A stretch of 64,000 nucleotides of DNA from NCBI GenBank assembly GCA_963666285.1, contig OY762711.1; one strand, given 5' to 3'. Under the pieces are notes generated by a model. The model did not search any database. It was not told the DNA's origin and saw only the letters and a list, made by a program, of their open reading frames with translations. The DNA comes from Sedimentisphaerales bacterium. GTDB taxonomy: Bacteria > Planctomycetota > Phycisphaerae > Sedimentisphaerales > SM23-30. Within the stretch, counting starts at the first letter, position 1, and every line of letters begins with the position of its first letter. Made by a program: the position numbers and the translations under genes. This document shows, one piece after another, positions 20,503 through 30,739 of this stretch.

Positions 20503-23169
20503 CTATATTTTTGCACGAGTCACATCCAGACTGACCAGATCGATGATCTCGTCATCAGATAACTCTGTCAAATTCAGTTCTTTACCGGAAGATAAAATAT
20601 CATCCGCCATTTTCTGCTTTTCTGCAATCAAAAAATCAATTTTTTCTTCAACCGTGCCGGTGGTAACAAATTTATGCACCATTACACTTTTTTTCTGGCC
20701 TATTCGAAACGCTCGGTCTGTCGCTTGATTTTCGACCGCAGGATTCCACCACCTGTCAAAATGTATGACATGGCTGGCTGCGGTCAGATTTAGGCCGGTG
20801 CCCCCTGCTTTAAGAGATAATATGAAAAATGGAGGGCCATTTTCCTGCTGAAATTCATCTACCAGTTTCTGCCGGTATTTAACTGCGGTGCCACCATGGA
20901 TTGCAACACCTGTTCTTCCATATATACCGGCAAGGTACTCTGATAATGGCTCAATAATCTCTCTGAATTGTGTAAAGATAAGAACTTTTTCCTGACGAGA
21001 TGCGATTTCTTCACAAAGCTCTTTGAGACGCTGGAATTTCCCACTATCTGATGCAGAGTATTCAAAATCGCCTGTCAATTGGCTGGGGTGATTACAAATC
21101 TGCTTTAATCGCAATAATGACTGAAGTACCAGACCACGCCGTGCCATACCATCAGAATTTTCTAAGGATTCCTTCATCGTCTGGATAGTACGCTCATAAT
21201 GTTTTATTTGCTTTTTGCTCAAGTTACAATAGCACACTGTCTCAACTTTGTCAGGAAGATCGTTGATAACACTGCGATCAGTCTTAAGCCGACGCAAAAT
21301 ATAAGGCTGTACCAGCTGCTGCAAAGGAGTAAACTGGCAGCTTTCTCCCTCCTGAAGTCTTTTGACGAATTTCTTAAAAACAGATGCGGAGCCCAGTAAA
21401 CCCGGATTTATAAAATCAAATAATGACCAGAGGTCATCCAGCTTATTCTCTATTGGTGTTCCGGTTAATGCTAGTCTGGAAACAGACTGAAGTTTCTTAA
21501 CTGCCCTGGTTTGTCTTGTTGCCGGGTTTTTTATCGCCTGTGCTTCATCCAGAATAATATGCTGCCATTTCATCTCCCTCAACCACTCCTGACGGCTAAG
21601 CATCGAATAAGTAGTTATACATAAATCTGTTTCAGATAGTATTTCTTTCGGCTTTTTCGCTATCTTCTCTATTTTTGATCTATCCTGCTGACCTGGATGC
21701 AAGAAAGTTAATTTCAGCGATGGTGCAAAACGCTCAGCCTCCTTTCGCCAGTTACCCAAAAGAGAGGCAGGCACAATTAACAAAGATGGCAATGATCGCT
21801 TTTGCTTTCTTAATAATAAAGCAAGAACCTGAATAGTCTTACCCAAACCCATATCATCTGCCAGGCAGCCGCCCAGACCAAGCTCTGTTATAAAACTTAG
21901 CCAGGTCAGCCCATGCTGCTGATAAGGACGCAACTGAGCTTTTAGTTTAGGGGTTTTCTCGTTTCTATCCATAAGTGAGACTGGTTGCCGCATACTTGAC
22001 AACATCTCACGCAATTGCCCGCCCGCCTCAACCGAAAACCAGCCCTTGTCCTGATCAAGCAGGTCGTCTTCCTTTAGATCAGCTGAAGCGCCAGCTAATA
22101 ACCTCATACCCTCGATAAACGATATTTCTCCATCTTCTGCCTGATGCTGTAGATTTTGCCAGTGATCTATAGCTTCTTTTAACTTTTCACGATCAACCTC
22201 TATCCACTGGCCTTTGACCATGACCAAGCCATCATCACCAGAGAGAATATCTTCTATCTCCTCCCTTGAGAGCCTGTGACCTTCCAGTACAACTGAAACA
22301 TCAAAATCCAGCAATGTCTCAAGACCCAATTTAGACTTTTTCTGTTTATCAATAGTAACCGAAACTTGAGGCCTGGGCCTCTTTTTCCACCAGTTAGGAA
22401 TTCTTACGATCAACCCGCTATCTTCCAGTGTCGGAACCGTTTTCAAAAAATTATGTGCCGAAAAAACTGACCACGCTAACGGCTGATAAATTTCGCCGCT
22501 TTCGACAATCTCTCTGACCCAGCTGATTTTTTGAGATGCCTGATCTACAGGCATAAGAAGTTTGATCAACGCTGACCGGTTCTTTTTCCCTGCATATTCC
22601 TCCATTGCTTTGCGTAATGGCAAATGCCTCAACTTACCATTACAACCGAAACCCGTAGAATATGTAGCTAGAAAAGCAAATGGAAAATCTTCATCTGCCT
22701 TATTTTCAGCCAGATGAAAACACACCCTGCCAACCTGATGCCATTGTGGAGCATTTTTCTCTAAAAAAACTGACAAACTTCCAGCGGCTGCTATTTCATT
22801 GCTGCCCCATTTGCATAATTCACCCCATATCTGCTGCAAAAGCAATATTGTTATATATTCTCCTCCCTCCATCGGTGGAGCCGATAAGATTAAGGTAGAA
22901 AAAAAAATCTCTGGTGGACTATCAATTATTACATCACTATCAGACTCTGATATATGACATAATTCCGTTAAATATCGCTCGGCAATCCCCTGCCAGAATT
23001 TCAGCGAAAGTGAATTGGCAGTATTGTATTTATCGGCAGCAAGAACAAATAACCCTTTGACCCAGTCTTGCCCAAATATTTCTGCCAGTTTTTCTTCCTG
23101 TTGAGACCTTTTTTCTGGCTCTATAAGCCACTGAAGGTGTCCTGAAGGTGTTAATCTAATCTCGCTCAT
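20503..23169 (-). CDS. SNF2-family (SWI2) helicase/ATPase
   Basis: LRPYQ, LADDMGLGKT, LDEAQAIKN, LTGTPIEN, SLKAGGTGLNLT, DRWWNPAVENQATDRAFRIGQ. Confidence 0.95.
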   Translation of the reverse strand: MSEIRLTPSGHLQWLIEPEKRSQQEEKLAEIFGQDWVKGLFVLAADKYNTANSLSLKFWQGIAERYLTELCHISESDSDVIIDSPPEIFFSTLILSAPPMEGGEYITILLLQQIWGELCKWGSNEIAAAGSLSVFLEKNAPQWHQVGRVCFHLAENKADEDFPFAFLATYSTGFGCNGKLRHLPLRKAMEEYAGKKNRSALIKLLMPVDQASQKISWVREIVESGEIYQPLAWSVFSAHNFLKTVPTLEDSGLIVRIPNWWKKRPRPQVSVTIDKQKKSKLGLETLLDFDVSVVLEGHRLSREEIEDILSGDDGLVMVKGQWIEVDREKLKEAIDHWQNLQHQAEDGEISFIEGMRLLAGASADLKEDDLLDQDKGWFSVEAGGQLREMLSSMRQPVSLMDRNEKTPKLKAQLRPYQQHGLTWLSFITELGLGGCLADDMGLGKTIQVLALLLRKQKRSLPSLLIVPASLLGNWRKEAERFAPSLKLTFLHPGQQDRSKIEKIAKKPKEILSETDLCITTYSMLSRQEWLREMKWQHIILDEAQAIKNPATRQTRAVKKLQSVSRLALTGTPIENKLDDLWSLFDFINPGLLGSASVFKKFVKRLQEGESCQFTPLQQLVQPYILRRLKTDRSVINDLPDKVETVCYCNLSKKQIKHYERTIQTMKESLENSDGMARRGLVLQSLLRLKQICNHPSQLTGDFEYSASDSGKFQRLKELCEEIASRQEKVLIFTQFREIIEPLSEYLAGIYGRTGVAIHGGTAVKYRQKLVDEFQQENGPPFFILSLKAGGTGLNLTAASHVIHFDRWWNPAVENQATDRAFRIGQKKSVMVHKFVTTGTVEEKIDFLIAEKQKMADDILSSGKELNLTELSDDEIIDLVSLDVTRAKI

Positions 23170-23278
23170 CTATAATAATCATTTCCTAAAAAAATAATGT
23201 AGCCAACCAAATTGAAATATTAAATTATTTATGCAGGTATATTTTGGCCATATCAGGATAAGTTTTCTCCGACAACAA

Positions 23279-24748
23279 TTATACAATTACCCAGTGGCCG
23301 CCTTTATCCGGGCCTTTACGGAGTAATTTCCCATTTTCTTTTAGAATTTTAATGTAACGTTCTATGGTTCTTGGACTTACACCAATCTTTTCCGCCAACA
23401 CTGCCATTGTTATCTCTCTATTCTGGCCAATAAGCTCTAATACTCTTTCTAAATTTTTCTCCGACATTTTCTCCGACATTTTCTCCGACACTGTCGGAGT
23501 AAACGCTGGGTGTATTCCAAACTCTACCGTAAAATATGTCCTGTCTTCATCAGTATGAAACTCAGGCAAAGGAGACTGGTTCTGCCGAATAGCTTGAAGC
23601 ATTTTGGGTATACCGGTGCCGCGACCTTCTGTCATGTCCAGCTCTTTTAAAAATTCACCTATCCTGCGATTGCGATATCGACGAGCAAGGAATTTAAGAT
23701 TTTCGATATCCTCGTTACGAATAGACCGGTCTGGACCTGGAAAACTGTTTACCAGTATTCTGTCTGGATGAACCTGGATTTCAACCGGCTCGCGAATCTC
23801 ATAGCTTCTATGATATATCGCATTACATACTGCCTCTTCAATTGCGGCAAATGAGTAATTATAAAACCTGTCAGCTTCCGGCTTGTCAGGATGTTTTATT
23901 ATTTTTTCCTGGATAATGGTATTTTTAATATAGGCTAAGGCATCTGAAAGCATCCGGCCAAGCGGACCTTTGAATATCTTTTCAGTGAAATTATCAGCTC
24001 CCGGTCCTTCCGGGAAATGGACCACGTCAATTTGTGTCTGGGGAAAATATTTATCCGGAGACTCATTGAAAAACATCAGGCCGATATTTTTAGGCTTTAC
24101 AGATTCCAGCGGACCATCAATAATATTCATTTGCCGACAAAGCTGGGTAAAGTCCATTGTTGCTGAAAGGTCAAACAAATCGCTTCTAACCTGCTTGAGA
24201 TATGTCCGCATTAAGCCAAGGTCAAGATCATCGATAGTGGCCAATTGGTTTATCCAGTCATCGTATGGCACATTAGCGGCAAGGCCGATCAATTCTGTCT
24301 CTTCGGCATGCCTTGCCTTGGTTGTCACCGATCCTTTGCGGATATAATAAGCAAACTCACAGTTATCTTTACTTAGAGACACTGGAGCTTTGTATGGTCG
24401 ACTTTGACCACCTGCTGCATATAAGACAAGAATATGCTTACCATCAATCTCACACGGAGCGACAACTGGATGATAATACGGCTGAATTTTATACCCCAAC
24501 TCCACAATTTCCTTCTGTAGCTTATCTAATTCATTAATTGAAATACCTTTCGGAGGAAGCTCAGGTATACCGTTATTCTCGCTTACACCAATTACCAGAT
24601 AACCACCGCCAAGATTATGAAAGTCATTGGCAAACGCACAAAGCGTCTTGGTGACAGCTTCCGGATTCCAGCCAGACTTAAATTCAAGCCTTTCCCACTC
24701 TACAGTCTTGCCAATCAAAATATCATTTATATTAATTGGGAGTTCCAA
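23279..24748 (-). CDS. AlbA_2/Schlafen-domain protein with HATPase-like domain and C-terminal HTH (RecG-annotated family)
   Basis: EWERLEFK, CAFAN...GGYLVIGV, EEAVCNAIYHRSY, EGRGTGIPK, G.DKGGHW. Confidence 0.88.
   Translation of the reverse strand: MELPININDILIGKTVEWERLEFKSGWNPEAVTKTLCAFANDFHNLGGGYLVIGVSENNGIPELPPKGISINELDKLQKEIVELGYKIQPYYHPVVAPCEIDGKHILVLYAAGGQSRPYKAPVSLSKDNCEFAYYIRKGSVTTKARHAEETELIGLAANVPYDDWINQLATIDDLDLGLMRTYLKQVRSDLFDLSATMDFTQLCRQMNIIDGPLESVKPKNIGLMFFNESPDKYFPQTQIDVVHFPEGPGADNFTEKIFKGPLGRMLSDALAYIKNTIIQEKIIKHPDKPEADRFYNYSFAAIEEAVCNAIYHRSYEIREPVEIQVHPDRILVNSFPGPDRSIRNEDIENLKFLARRYRNRRIGEFLKELDMTEGRGTGIPKMLQAIRQNQSPLPEFHTDEDRTYFTVEFGIHPAFTPTVSEKMSEKMSEKNLERVLELIGQNREITMAVLAEKIGVSPRTIERYIKILKENGKLLRKGPDKGGHWVIV
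23455..23490. repeat. 3 x 12-bp in-frame tandem repeat (TTTTCTCCGACA)
   Basis: Encodes SEKMSEKMSEKN just before the HTH. Confidence 0.9.
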
Positions 24749-25143
24749 ATTGTACTAATCCTTAAAATACAGATTTTTCTGAAAAATGTCTATCTAAACC
24801 AGAATAATACTGTTAGATAAATAATTATGTATTCTAAAGTCGTTTGACCAAAAATGCCAAACCTTAATTAAAAAATACAACTATGTTACAGCGAGATCCC
24901 CTTAATTATACTTCATATCTACTTGTTATTCTGAAAAATAAAATGAAAGAAAAAGATTTGCGCATATATTGTAGTATTGTATATAATTCTGACATGGCTT
25001 ATTAGTGTCATTAATTTGTCATATATTTTGTGCTCGCATAGCACAACATGCGCAATATGCAGAATTGAGATTACCTTAGGTATGATAAGGACTTAAATGT
25101 AAATACTTGATATCTAAAAACTTGTGATTTTGCCTTTTAACCA

Positions 25144-25294
25144 GCTCATAATTCGGAGGTCATAGGTTCGAATCCTATTCCCCGCTATTCGACGTAAGTC
25201 ACTAAGGAACAAGAAGTTAACTTGTTCCTTTTTTTATGCGCAAACCGGGCAGTTTACCCCCGAGGCGTGTCTCAGGCTTGTCCATGCGTGCCGA
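25144..25294 (+). repeat. att-like junction 1: tRNA-fMet 3' fragment, terminator hairpin, arm
   Basis: GCTCATAATTCGGAGGTCATAGGTTCGAATCCTATTCCCCGCTA resembles 18781-18823; hairpin AAGGAACAAG/CTTGTTCCTT plus T-run. Confidence 0.92.
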
Positions 25295-25688
25295 GCAACA
25301 TAAATATTTCAAATAATAACCAACCTATAAGGAATATTAACGCTATCAAAGGTATAGCATACCCGATGATTCTTCGCGCACTAAATCCAAATACACCTCT
25401 ATTTGCTTTTTCATTCACAGTAATTACAGGATGATCATTTGGAAACTCTCCAAGATATATATCTAATTTTTTCTGTGCTCTAATAATAGGCAAAGACAAC
25501 AAACTACATATTATTACGCCAAAAATTAATATTGGAATAAAATACTTTGTCTTATTTGCCATTATTGCTGCATTTGCAATAAGAGATAAAAATATAATAA
25601 AAAAGTTAAAACGCTGGTTGAGTATATTTTCTATAAATGCACGCTCTTCAATTAGCTCTCTTCTATTTCTATCATTTTGTTCTTCCAT
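25272..25688 (-). CDS. hypothetical membrane protein (3 TM)
   Basis: 138 aa hydrophobic ORF; its 3' end runs into the junction arm. Confidence 0.65.
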   Translation of the reverse strand: MEEQNDRNRRELIEERAFIENILNQRFNFFIIFLSLIANAAIMANKTKYFIPILIFGVIICSLLSLPIIRAQKKLDIYLGEFPNDHPVITVNEKANRGVFGFSARRIIGYAIPLIALIFLIGWLLFEIFMLLGTHGQA

Positions 25689-25864
25689 TAGAGTACCCTT
25701 TCAATAATTTTTTTATTTCCACATATTTTACACACAAAGCAAGGACAGGTTACAAATATGAGCTATTTATCAACAGTGTAACACTTGGGGTATCTTTTAA
25801 TACTCATAAAGTCTCATTATTTGCCTGGTCAAATTGACATCAAGTACTCTAACAAATAATATAA

Positions 25865-26138
25865 GGCTTGTTTTGGCTTGTCGGCGTGTACTGATATGCC
25901 GGATTTTCCGCTATTTTCCGACTTCTGAAAAAAGCGTAAAGCCATAAATGCAATTAAGATAAGGGTTTATGACGAAAATGCGCTTGCCGCTTGAAACCGG
26001 CAGCTCATAGGTTCGAATCCTATTGGCCGCATTCGACGTAAGTCACTAAGGAACAAGAAGTTAACTTGTTCCTTTTTTTATGCGCAAACCGGGCAGTTTA
26101 CCCTTGAAGGCGTGTATCGGCTTGCCGAGGCGTGCCGA
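25865..26138 (+). repeat. att-like junction 2 with both arms
   Basis: Core TCATAGGTTCGAATCCTATTGGCCGCA (26005-26031); GGC(G/T)TG(C/T) motifs on both sides; conserved terminator hairpin. Confidence 0.92.
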
Positions 26139-26248
26139 TCTATATGCAATTCTGGAGAATAAATGTATCTCCGGCGTAATCAGGTCAATTATAGCATCTC
26201 ATTTTACATGCGTTAATAATCGTATGTCATGCTGGTAAAATGCTTCTA

Positions 26249-26380
26249 TTTGTAAGTCAGCTTGCAATGAAAGGAGAAAGTTTGTATAAAATAAGTGTTT
26301 TAATGGGCAATTCACCTGAAATATGCCGAAGGCATTACGCCGCACTAATGCCATAAAGTTTGTTTGAGTGTGTTGATTTT
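26249..26380 (+). pseudogene. tyrosine recombinase/integrase C-terminal remnant
   Basis: Translates to FVSQLAMKGESLYKISVLMGNSPEICRRHYAALMP*SLFECVDF, resembling box II with the catalytic Tyr; internal TAA; no N-terminal part. Confidence 0.8.
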
Positions 26381-26441
26381 GCATTAATATCTACACTACG
26401 TAATATTGTTTAATTCGATACAGATAAAGAAGCATAGTCAT

Positions 26442-27197
26442 ATGAAAAAACATAAAATTAAATATACCAGTTGCCCAAAATGCGAGTCAACGGTAAAGGT
26501 AAGCAGTGACTGGGTAGCTTGCACCATATTATTTGTAATTCTCCTTTCTGCAGGAGAGTTTTTTATATTGATTCCTATAATAAGTGGAATGATAGATAAA
26601 GAAGGAATAGGGGCTAAACTAGCAGTTGCTACATTTGGTTTGATTGGTCTTTGCCTGATTATTTATGCAATGTCAATTTGGTGGGTATTTGGAAAAAATA
26701 AGCAAGGTAAATGCCGTACTTGTTTTAGCCATGTCAATACAGTAAATAAAAAAATAGAGTCAGGTAAACGCGACTGGGTTACAACCTTAGAAAAAGAAGG
26801 TAATACGCTTTCACCTGAAGAAGTAACTATTTATAAAGAATATCAGATTTTTAGAAATAATAATCAATTAATCGACCCTGAAATTACACATAGCTGGATG
26901 CAAAAAAATAGGATTTACAATCTATTTATCAAGGGAGTTCTTTTTGGAGCAGGTCCATTGGGCTGGGCGTACTATTACATAATCAATGCTCAATCAATTG
27001 ATAAGATGAAAACAAAAATTGAACAATTTAACTTACAAGCCATCACATTACTATCTGATGGGAAAGAATATGAAGCTCTCATGTGGATCCTAGCAATAGA
27101 AAATAATATTGCGCCTAAATACATAGAAAAAGAAGTATATGACACTAAAACAAAAATTATTTCAATTTTAAAAGAAAAATCTACATGTCTTAATTAG
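26442..27197 (+). CDS. hypothetical membrane protein with CxxC motifs
   Basis: ORF 26406..27197, likely ATG 26442; CPKC and CRTC flank two TM helices. Confidence 0.65.
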   Translation: MKKHKIKYTSCPKCESTVKVSSDWVACTILFVILLSAGEFFILIPIISGMIDKEGIGAKLAVATFGLIGLCLIIYAMSIWWVFGKNKQGKCRTCFSHVNTVNKKIESGKRDWVTTLEKEGNTLSPEEVTIYKEYQIFRNNNQLIDPEITHSWMQKNRIYNLFIKGVLFGAGPLGWAYYYIINAQSIDKMKTKIEQFNLQAITLLSDGKEYEALMWILAIENNIAPKYIEKEVYDTKTKIISILKEKSTCLN

Positions 27198-27276
27198 TAA
27201 ACTAAAGCATAACTTAAACTATCAGAATAAAGCCAGATAGCTAGAATTTTATAAAATTCGTTTTTAACGCTATAAT

Positions 27277-27507
27277 AACTCCCCCGGAGACTTACGAGAA
27301 TTTATTTGCAATTCTGGGAAAGAACGGCCCAAAACACTCAACTTCTTCTTTGGAAAACATATTATTTTCAGTCCCGAAAAAGCCTTGTTGAAAGTACGTC
27401 AAAAACAACTAAATAATAATTCAGACGCATTACTGAAAAAACACCAAAAACATGTAAATCTAGTGTGGAAATTCGGGCATATAGTTAACCAAAACGTGCA
27501 GGGCGAG
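27277..27507 (+). repeat. island-specific non-coding repeat family B
   Basis: Matches 35463-35755 and 43760-43937 (CAAAACACTCA.CTTCTTCTTTG.AAAACATATT...GTAAATCTAGTGTGGAAATTCG). Confidence 0.9.
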
Positions 27508-27515
27508 GTAGCTAG

Positions 27516-27911
27516 TCATATTTTATTGATCTGGAATTTTAGAGAATAGCCGATCAGGAAGACGTTGATGGGGACGGTGAGCAGGGCGATTATGCCGAAA
27601 CCGAACTGCATTATGCCGTAGTTGGTGAGGGAATATTGGTCGCCTTGTTTGATTATGAAATCATCGATTCTGCTGTCGGGGCCGGTTGTTAGTACTGTGA
27701 AGATAATGAATACAACGTTCAACAGAGGCATGAGCTAAGATAGGGCGATTATCTTCCAGTTTGGTTTGATTCTTCTGAGCCAGAAGTAGCGATAGCACCA
27801 TGCTATAGCGGCGAGGTTTAGCAGCAGGAAGATGGAGAGTTTTATGATTGTGGTTGTTTCGAATATGCCAGCCGGTTCTGATGGGATTGTGTTTTGTGGA
27901 GGGGTTATCAT
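27516..27911 (-). pseudogene. membrane protein interrupted by an in-frame TAG
   Basis: ATG 27911 reads MITPPQ...WKIIALS-TAG(27735-27737)-LMPLLNVVF in frame with ORF 27516..27731. Confidence 0.65.
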
Positions 27912-27961
27912 ATATTAGATGAGTTATTCTTTTTATCGGTTGAGGATAAATTATATGATTA

Positions 27962-28318
27962 TTATTTGGTATTTTGTTTTAGGTGTCTGGCGAGGTGGAT
28001 GAGTTTGATTTTGTTATCGGCATAAAGTGACACGGCAATGAAAACAGCTCCCAAGGCAAACATGATTGGGAAGATATTGTTTGTGGTGTTATTGTTATTT
28101 GAGTATCCGAGAACCACACTAGCGACCATGCTAACAATACCCATTATGCAAAAAAATAATCGACTTGTTCGCAGCCCGTTGAGTGTGTTCTTTTCATATT
28201 CCTCGTTTGTAAAGCATTCAGTAAACTGGCGGTCATCTTTTTCTATAAGTTTTTTCCCGACAAATAATAAAACTAATGTCACTAATATGATTAAAATGAT
28301 AGTCAATCCAATATCCAT
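27962..28318 (-). CDS. hypothetical membrane protein
   Basis: 118 aa, AAAGGA RBS, three hydrophobic helices. Confidence 0.7.
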   Translation of the reverse strand: MDIGLTIILIILVTLVLLFVGKKLIEKDDRQFTECFTNEEYEKNTLNGLRTSRLFFCIMGIVSMVASVVLGYSNNNNTTNNIFPIMFALGAVFIAVSLYADNKIKLIHLARHLKQNTK

Positions 28319-28767
28319 TTTGTTTCCTTTCTGAAAATAATCACTGATTTATTAATACAGAGATATTATTAACCATTCATATAGTAACGGAAAAGGGGAG
28401 ATGTGGTCAATGGTAAAATATGGAAGGTTGTGAGATCAAGTTTGAAGGATGAAGTTTGAAAAGAAAATATATAATGTGGCGAGAAGCTGAACAGCAGATA
28501 AACACAGTTCGGCAGTGAGTAAGCAAGTCGTATACCGTTGTCTTTCCGTCCTTGTCTCCGGCGAACCAGAACGGAAAGTGAGGGGGCATATACTGGTTAT
28601 TTCCCACCCGTAAACGGATGGGCTATCTTGGTTGTGGACTCTTGCCTTATATTTTTAGCAATGTAATATTATTAATCACATGCTAACTAAGAAACAACAC
28701 TAGTAAAGATATCTTAACTAGTGATTATGGTAAGTCAAGATATGTTTACTAGTGAGCTATATTATAT

Positions 28768-29031
28768 CTACCTTAGACGGTATATGTCGCCTGTCTTAAT
28801 ACTTTCAAAATGACGGGCATAAACATCATTTCTACCTTGGAACAAATTCCTAAAACACTTAATTTTATCTGCTACTGAAGATGAATTCGAAAAAGAGCTA
28901 ACATTTCTTTTTGTCTTTGATATTACTTTTTCAATTTCAGCAATTTCTTGCATGATATCTTGCCTTCTTGCATTTAGGCTAGAAAGTTCTTTACGCAGAT
29001 CATTAAGCCGGTTTTGTTTATCATGATTCAA
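28768..29031 (-). pseudogene. N-terminal fragment of a TOTE-system primase/helicase-like protein
   Basis: DKIKCFRNLFQGRNDVYARHFESIKTG resembles the conserved EKI.LF..LF.GR.DVYA.RFES.KTG start; truncated at 87 aa. Confidence 0.6.
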
Positions 29032-29070
29032 AATAAACTTCCAAATACATTATACATTTAGCTAACAAAC

Positions 29071-30081
29071 TTAGATGCTATTGATTTTATCTTCCAACAC
29101 TCTCAGTTGGTCAAGTATTTCTTCAAAATCCAGTGGCGGCAAATAATACATAGGGGTCATAGCTCGGTAATCTAACTTCAATCCCGCAACTCTTTCTTTA
29201 GGAGGAACAAGTCTAAATGTTCCAGGTAAAGCCTGATCATATTTGGCCCAGCTACAATGATAAAATCTATCTTTATGTGTTATAACTTTTTCAAGCAAAT
29301 CAATATCAGCCAATGCCTCATCAAAAACATATCCTTGGCCCATTTCTGCAACATCGGCATAATGCCTTGAATATCGCGGCAGTATTTTCTTCTCTGGAGC
29401 CCTATAAAACTCAGCATGAAGAATGGTAGCTTTCTCCCAGAATGTTCTCTTGGCAACCACAGTAGTGACAAATATCGGCTCTGAAAACAAAGTTGGAAAA
29501 TGATCACTTGTAAATGTCTTGATTACGCATTTCTCGTTTGGAATTGGCTCTGCATGAGTACCTAATTCTAAAACTATACGAGGCTTAATATAATCCAACC
29601 CCGATTCTACAGCTAACGGATAATCAAAATATAAAATATTATTATCTACAGAATCAATTTCTATCTGCCAGTCATTATTACCAATAACATTTCTTATCCT
29701 TTTGAACAAAACTGGAACAAGCTCATTTTTGATAAACTCCTGGCAGGAACATAGCATTTCCCTGAGAATTATTACTCTTTTTGTTTGCGAAAGGTCAGGC
29801 AGACAAGGATCTTTCTTATCGGTATACCCCAAACTTTTATAATCGACGGCCAAGTCGATATCTTCAGAAAATCTCCGAATCAGGTTGAAACACTTCGACA
29901 GGCTTGTACCTCCCTTAAATACCAGTATCTCATCCAGTTCTTCTATAGAGAATAATTGCTTAAGTATCCAACATACCCAGAAATCTTTTTCAACTATAGC
30001 TGGATGCATTTTTGATCTGACAGAAGTTTCAAGAAATAACTCTCTTCTTTCAGATATACTAAGTTTTGCAATATTATCCAT
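29071..30081 (-). CDS. AbiEii/AbiGii nucleotidyltransferase toxin (type IV TA)
   Basis: EKDFWVCW.L, FKGGTSLSK..LI.RFSEDIDL, RTFWEKATILH, SRHY.D. Confidence 0.92.
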   Translation of the reverse strand: MDNIAKLSISERRELFLETSVRSKMHPAIVEKDFWVCWILKQLFSIEELDEILVFKGGTSLSKCFNLIRRFSEDIDLAVDYKSLGYTDKKDPCLPDLSQTKRVIILREMLCSCQEFIKNELVPVLFKRIRNVIGNNDWQIEIDSVDNNILYFDYPLAVESGLDYIKPRIVLELGTHAEPIPNEKCVIKTFTSDHFPTLFSEPIFVTTVVAKRTFWEKATILHAEFYRAPEKKILPRYSRHYADVAEMGQGYVFDEALADIDLLEKVITHKDRFYHCSWAKYDQALPGTFRLVPPKERVAGLKLDYRAMTPMYYLPPLDFEEILDQLRVLEDKINSI

Positions 30082-30084
30082 ACT

Positions 30085-30687
30085 CTAGCTTTTAGCAATG
30101 TCCTGTATTATTTCGTATATCCACTCAGTGTTATATTGAACATTTTCAAGTAACTCTTTTTTTTCTCTTGACGACAAGTTAGCTTTTAGTTTTTTTATAA
30201 CCTTATCGTCAATATGGTCTCTGCCTAGATATCTCAATGCCTGTACTACCAAACCTGAAATCAGGCTTTCGGGATACATCTCTTTAGGCCTGGCATGCTT
30301 GAAGCCTATTGTTACATCATTAACCTCAACTTCTTTAGTAGGACCGTTAGAGAGATAAACATATTTTGCCGGCACTTGCAATGATATACCCAGTCGATTA
30401 GCAGCGAGAGCTCCACAGGGTAAAATAGACCATTTAAATTTTCTTGCCAATGCCTCAGCTACCTTGTGCAAATCCGGACTCAAAACAATCCCAAGTAATT
30501 CGCTGTATTTGGGGTAATCAAACAAGCCTCTTCCTATCCTGCGTATTGTGCCTTGCTCAGTCATACGCTGTAGTTGCTTACCTACTGTGCCGGCAGGAGC
30601 TAAATCTTGAAAATCCTTGCGAGTAAAGACATACCCTTTACCTTCACCTTCAAGCCTGTCAATTATTTGTTCTTTTAATGCATCCAT
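30085..30687 (-). CDS. AbiEi-type antitoxin (DUF6088-like)
   Basis: G.VFT.KDF, IRRIGRGLFDYP, GALAANRLGISLQVPA.Y.YLSNG; 3 bp upstream of the toxin. Confidence 0.88.
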   Translation of the reverse strand: MDALKEQIIDRLEGEGKGYVFTRKDFQDLAPAGTVGKQLQRMTEQGTIRRIGRGLFDYPKYSELLGIVLSPDLHKVAEALARKFKWSILPCGALAANRLGISLQVPAKYVYLSNGPTKEVEVNDVTIGFKHARPKEMYPESLISGLVVQALRYLGRDHIDDKVIKKLKANLSSREKKELLENVQYNTEWIYEIIQDIAKS

Positions 30688-30708
30688 AGTGATATCCTAA
30701 GTTATTAC

Positions 30709-30739
30709 TGCCACAAATAATATACTACTTTTTGTGGCA
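30709..30739. promoter_or_regulatory. inverted-repeat operator upstream of abiE operon
   Basis: TGCCACAAA-13 nt-TTTGTGGCA; AbiEi antitoxins are known to autoregulate through promoter inverted repeats. Confidence 0.65.
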
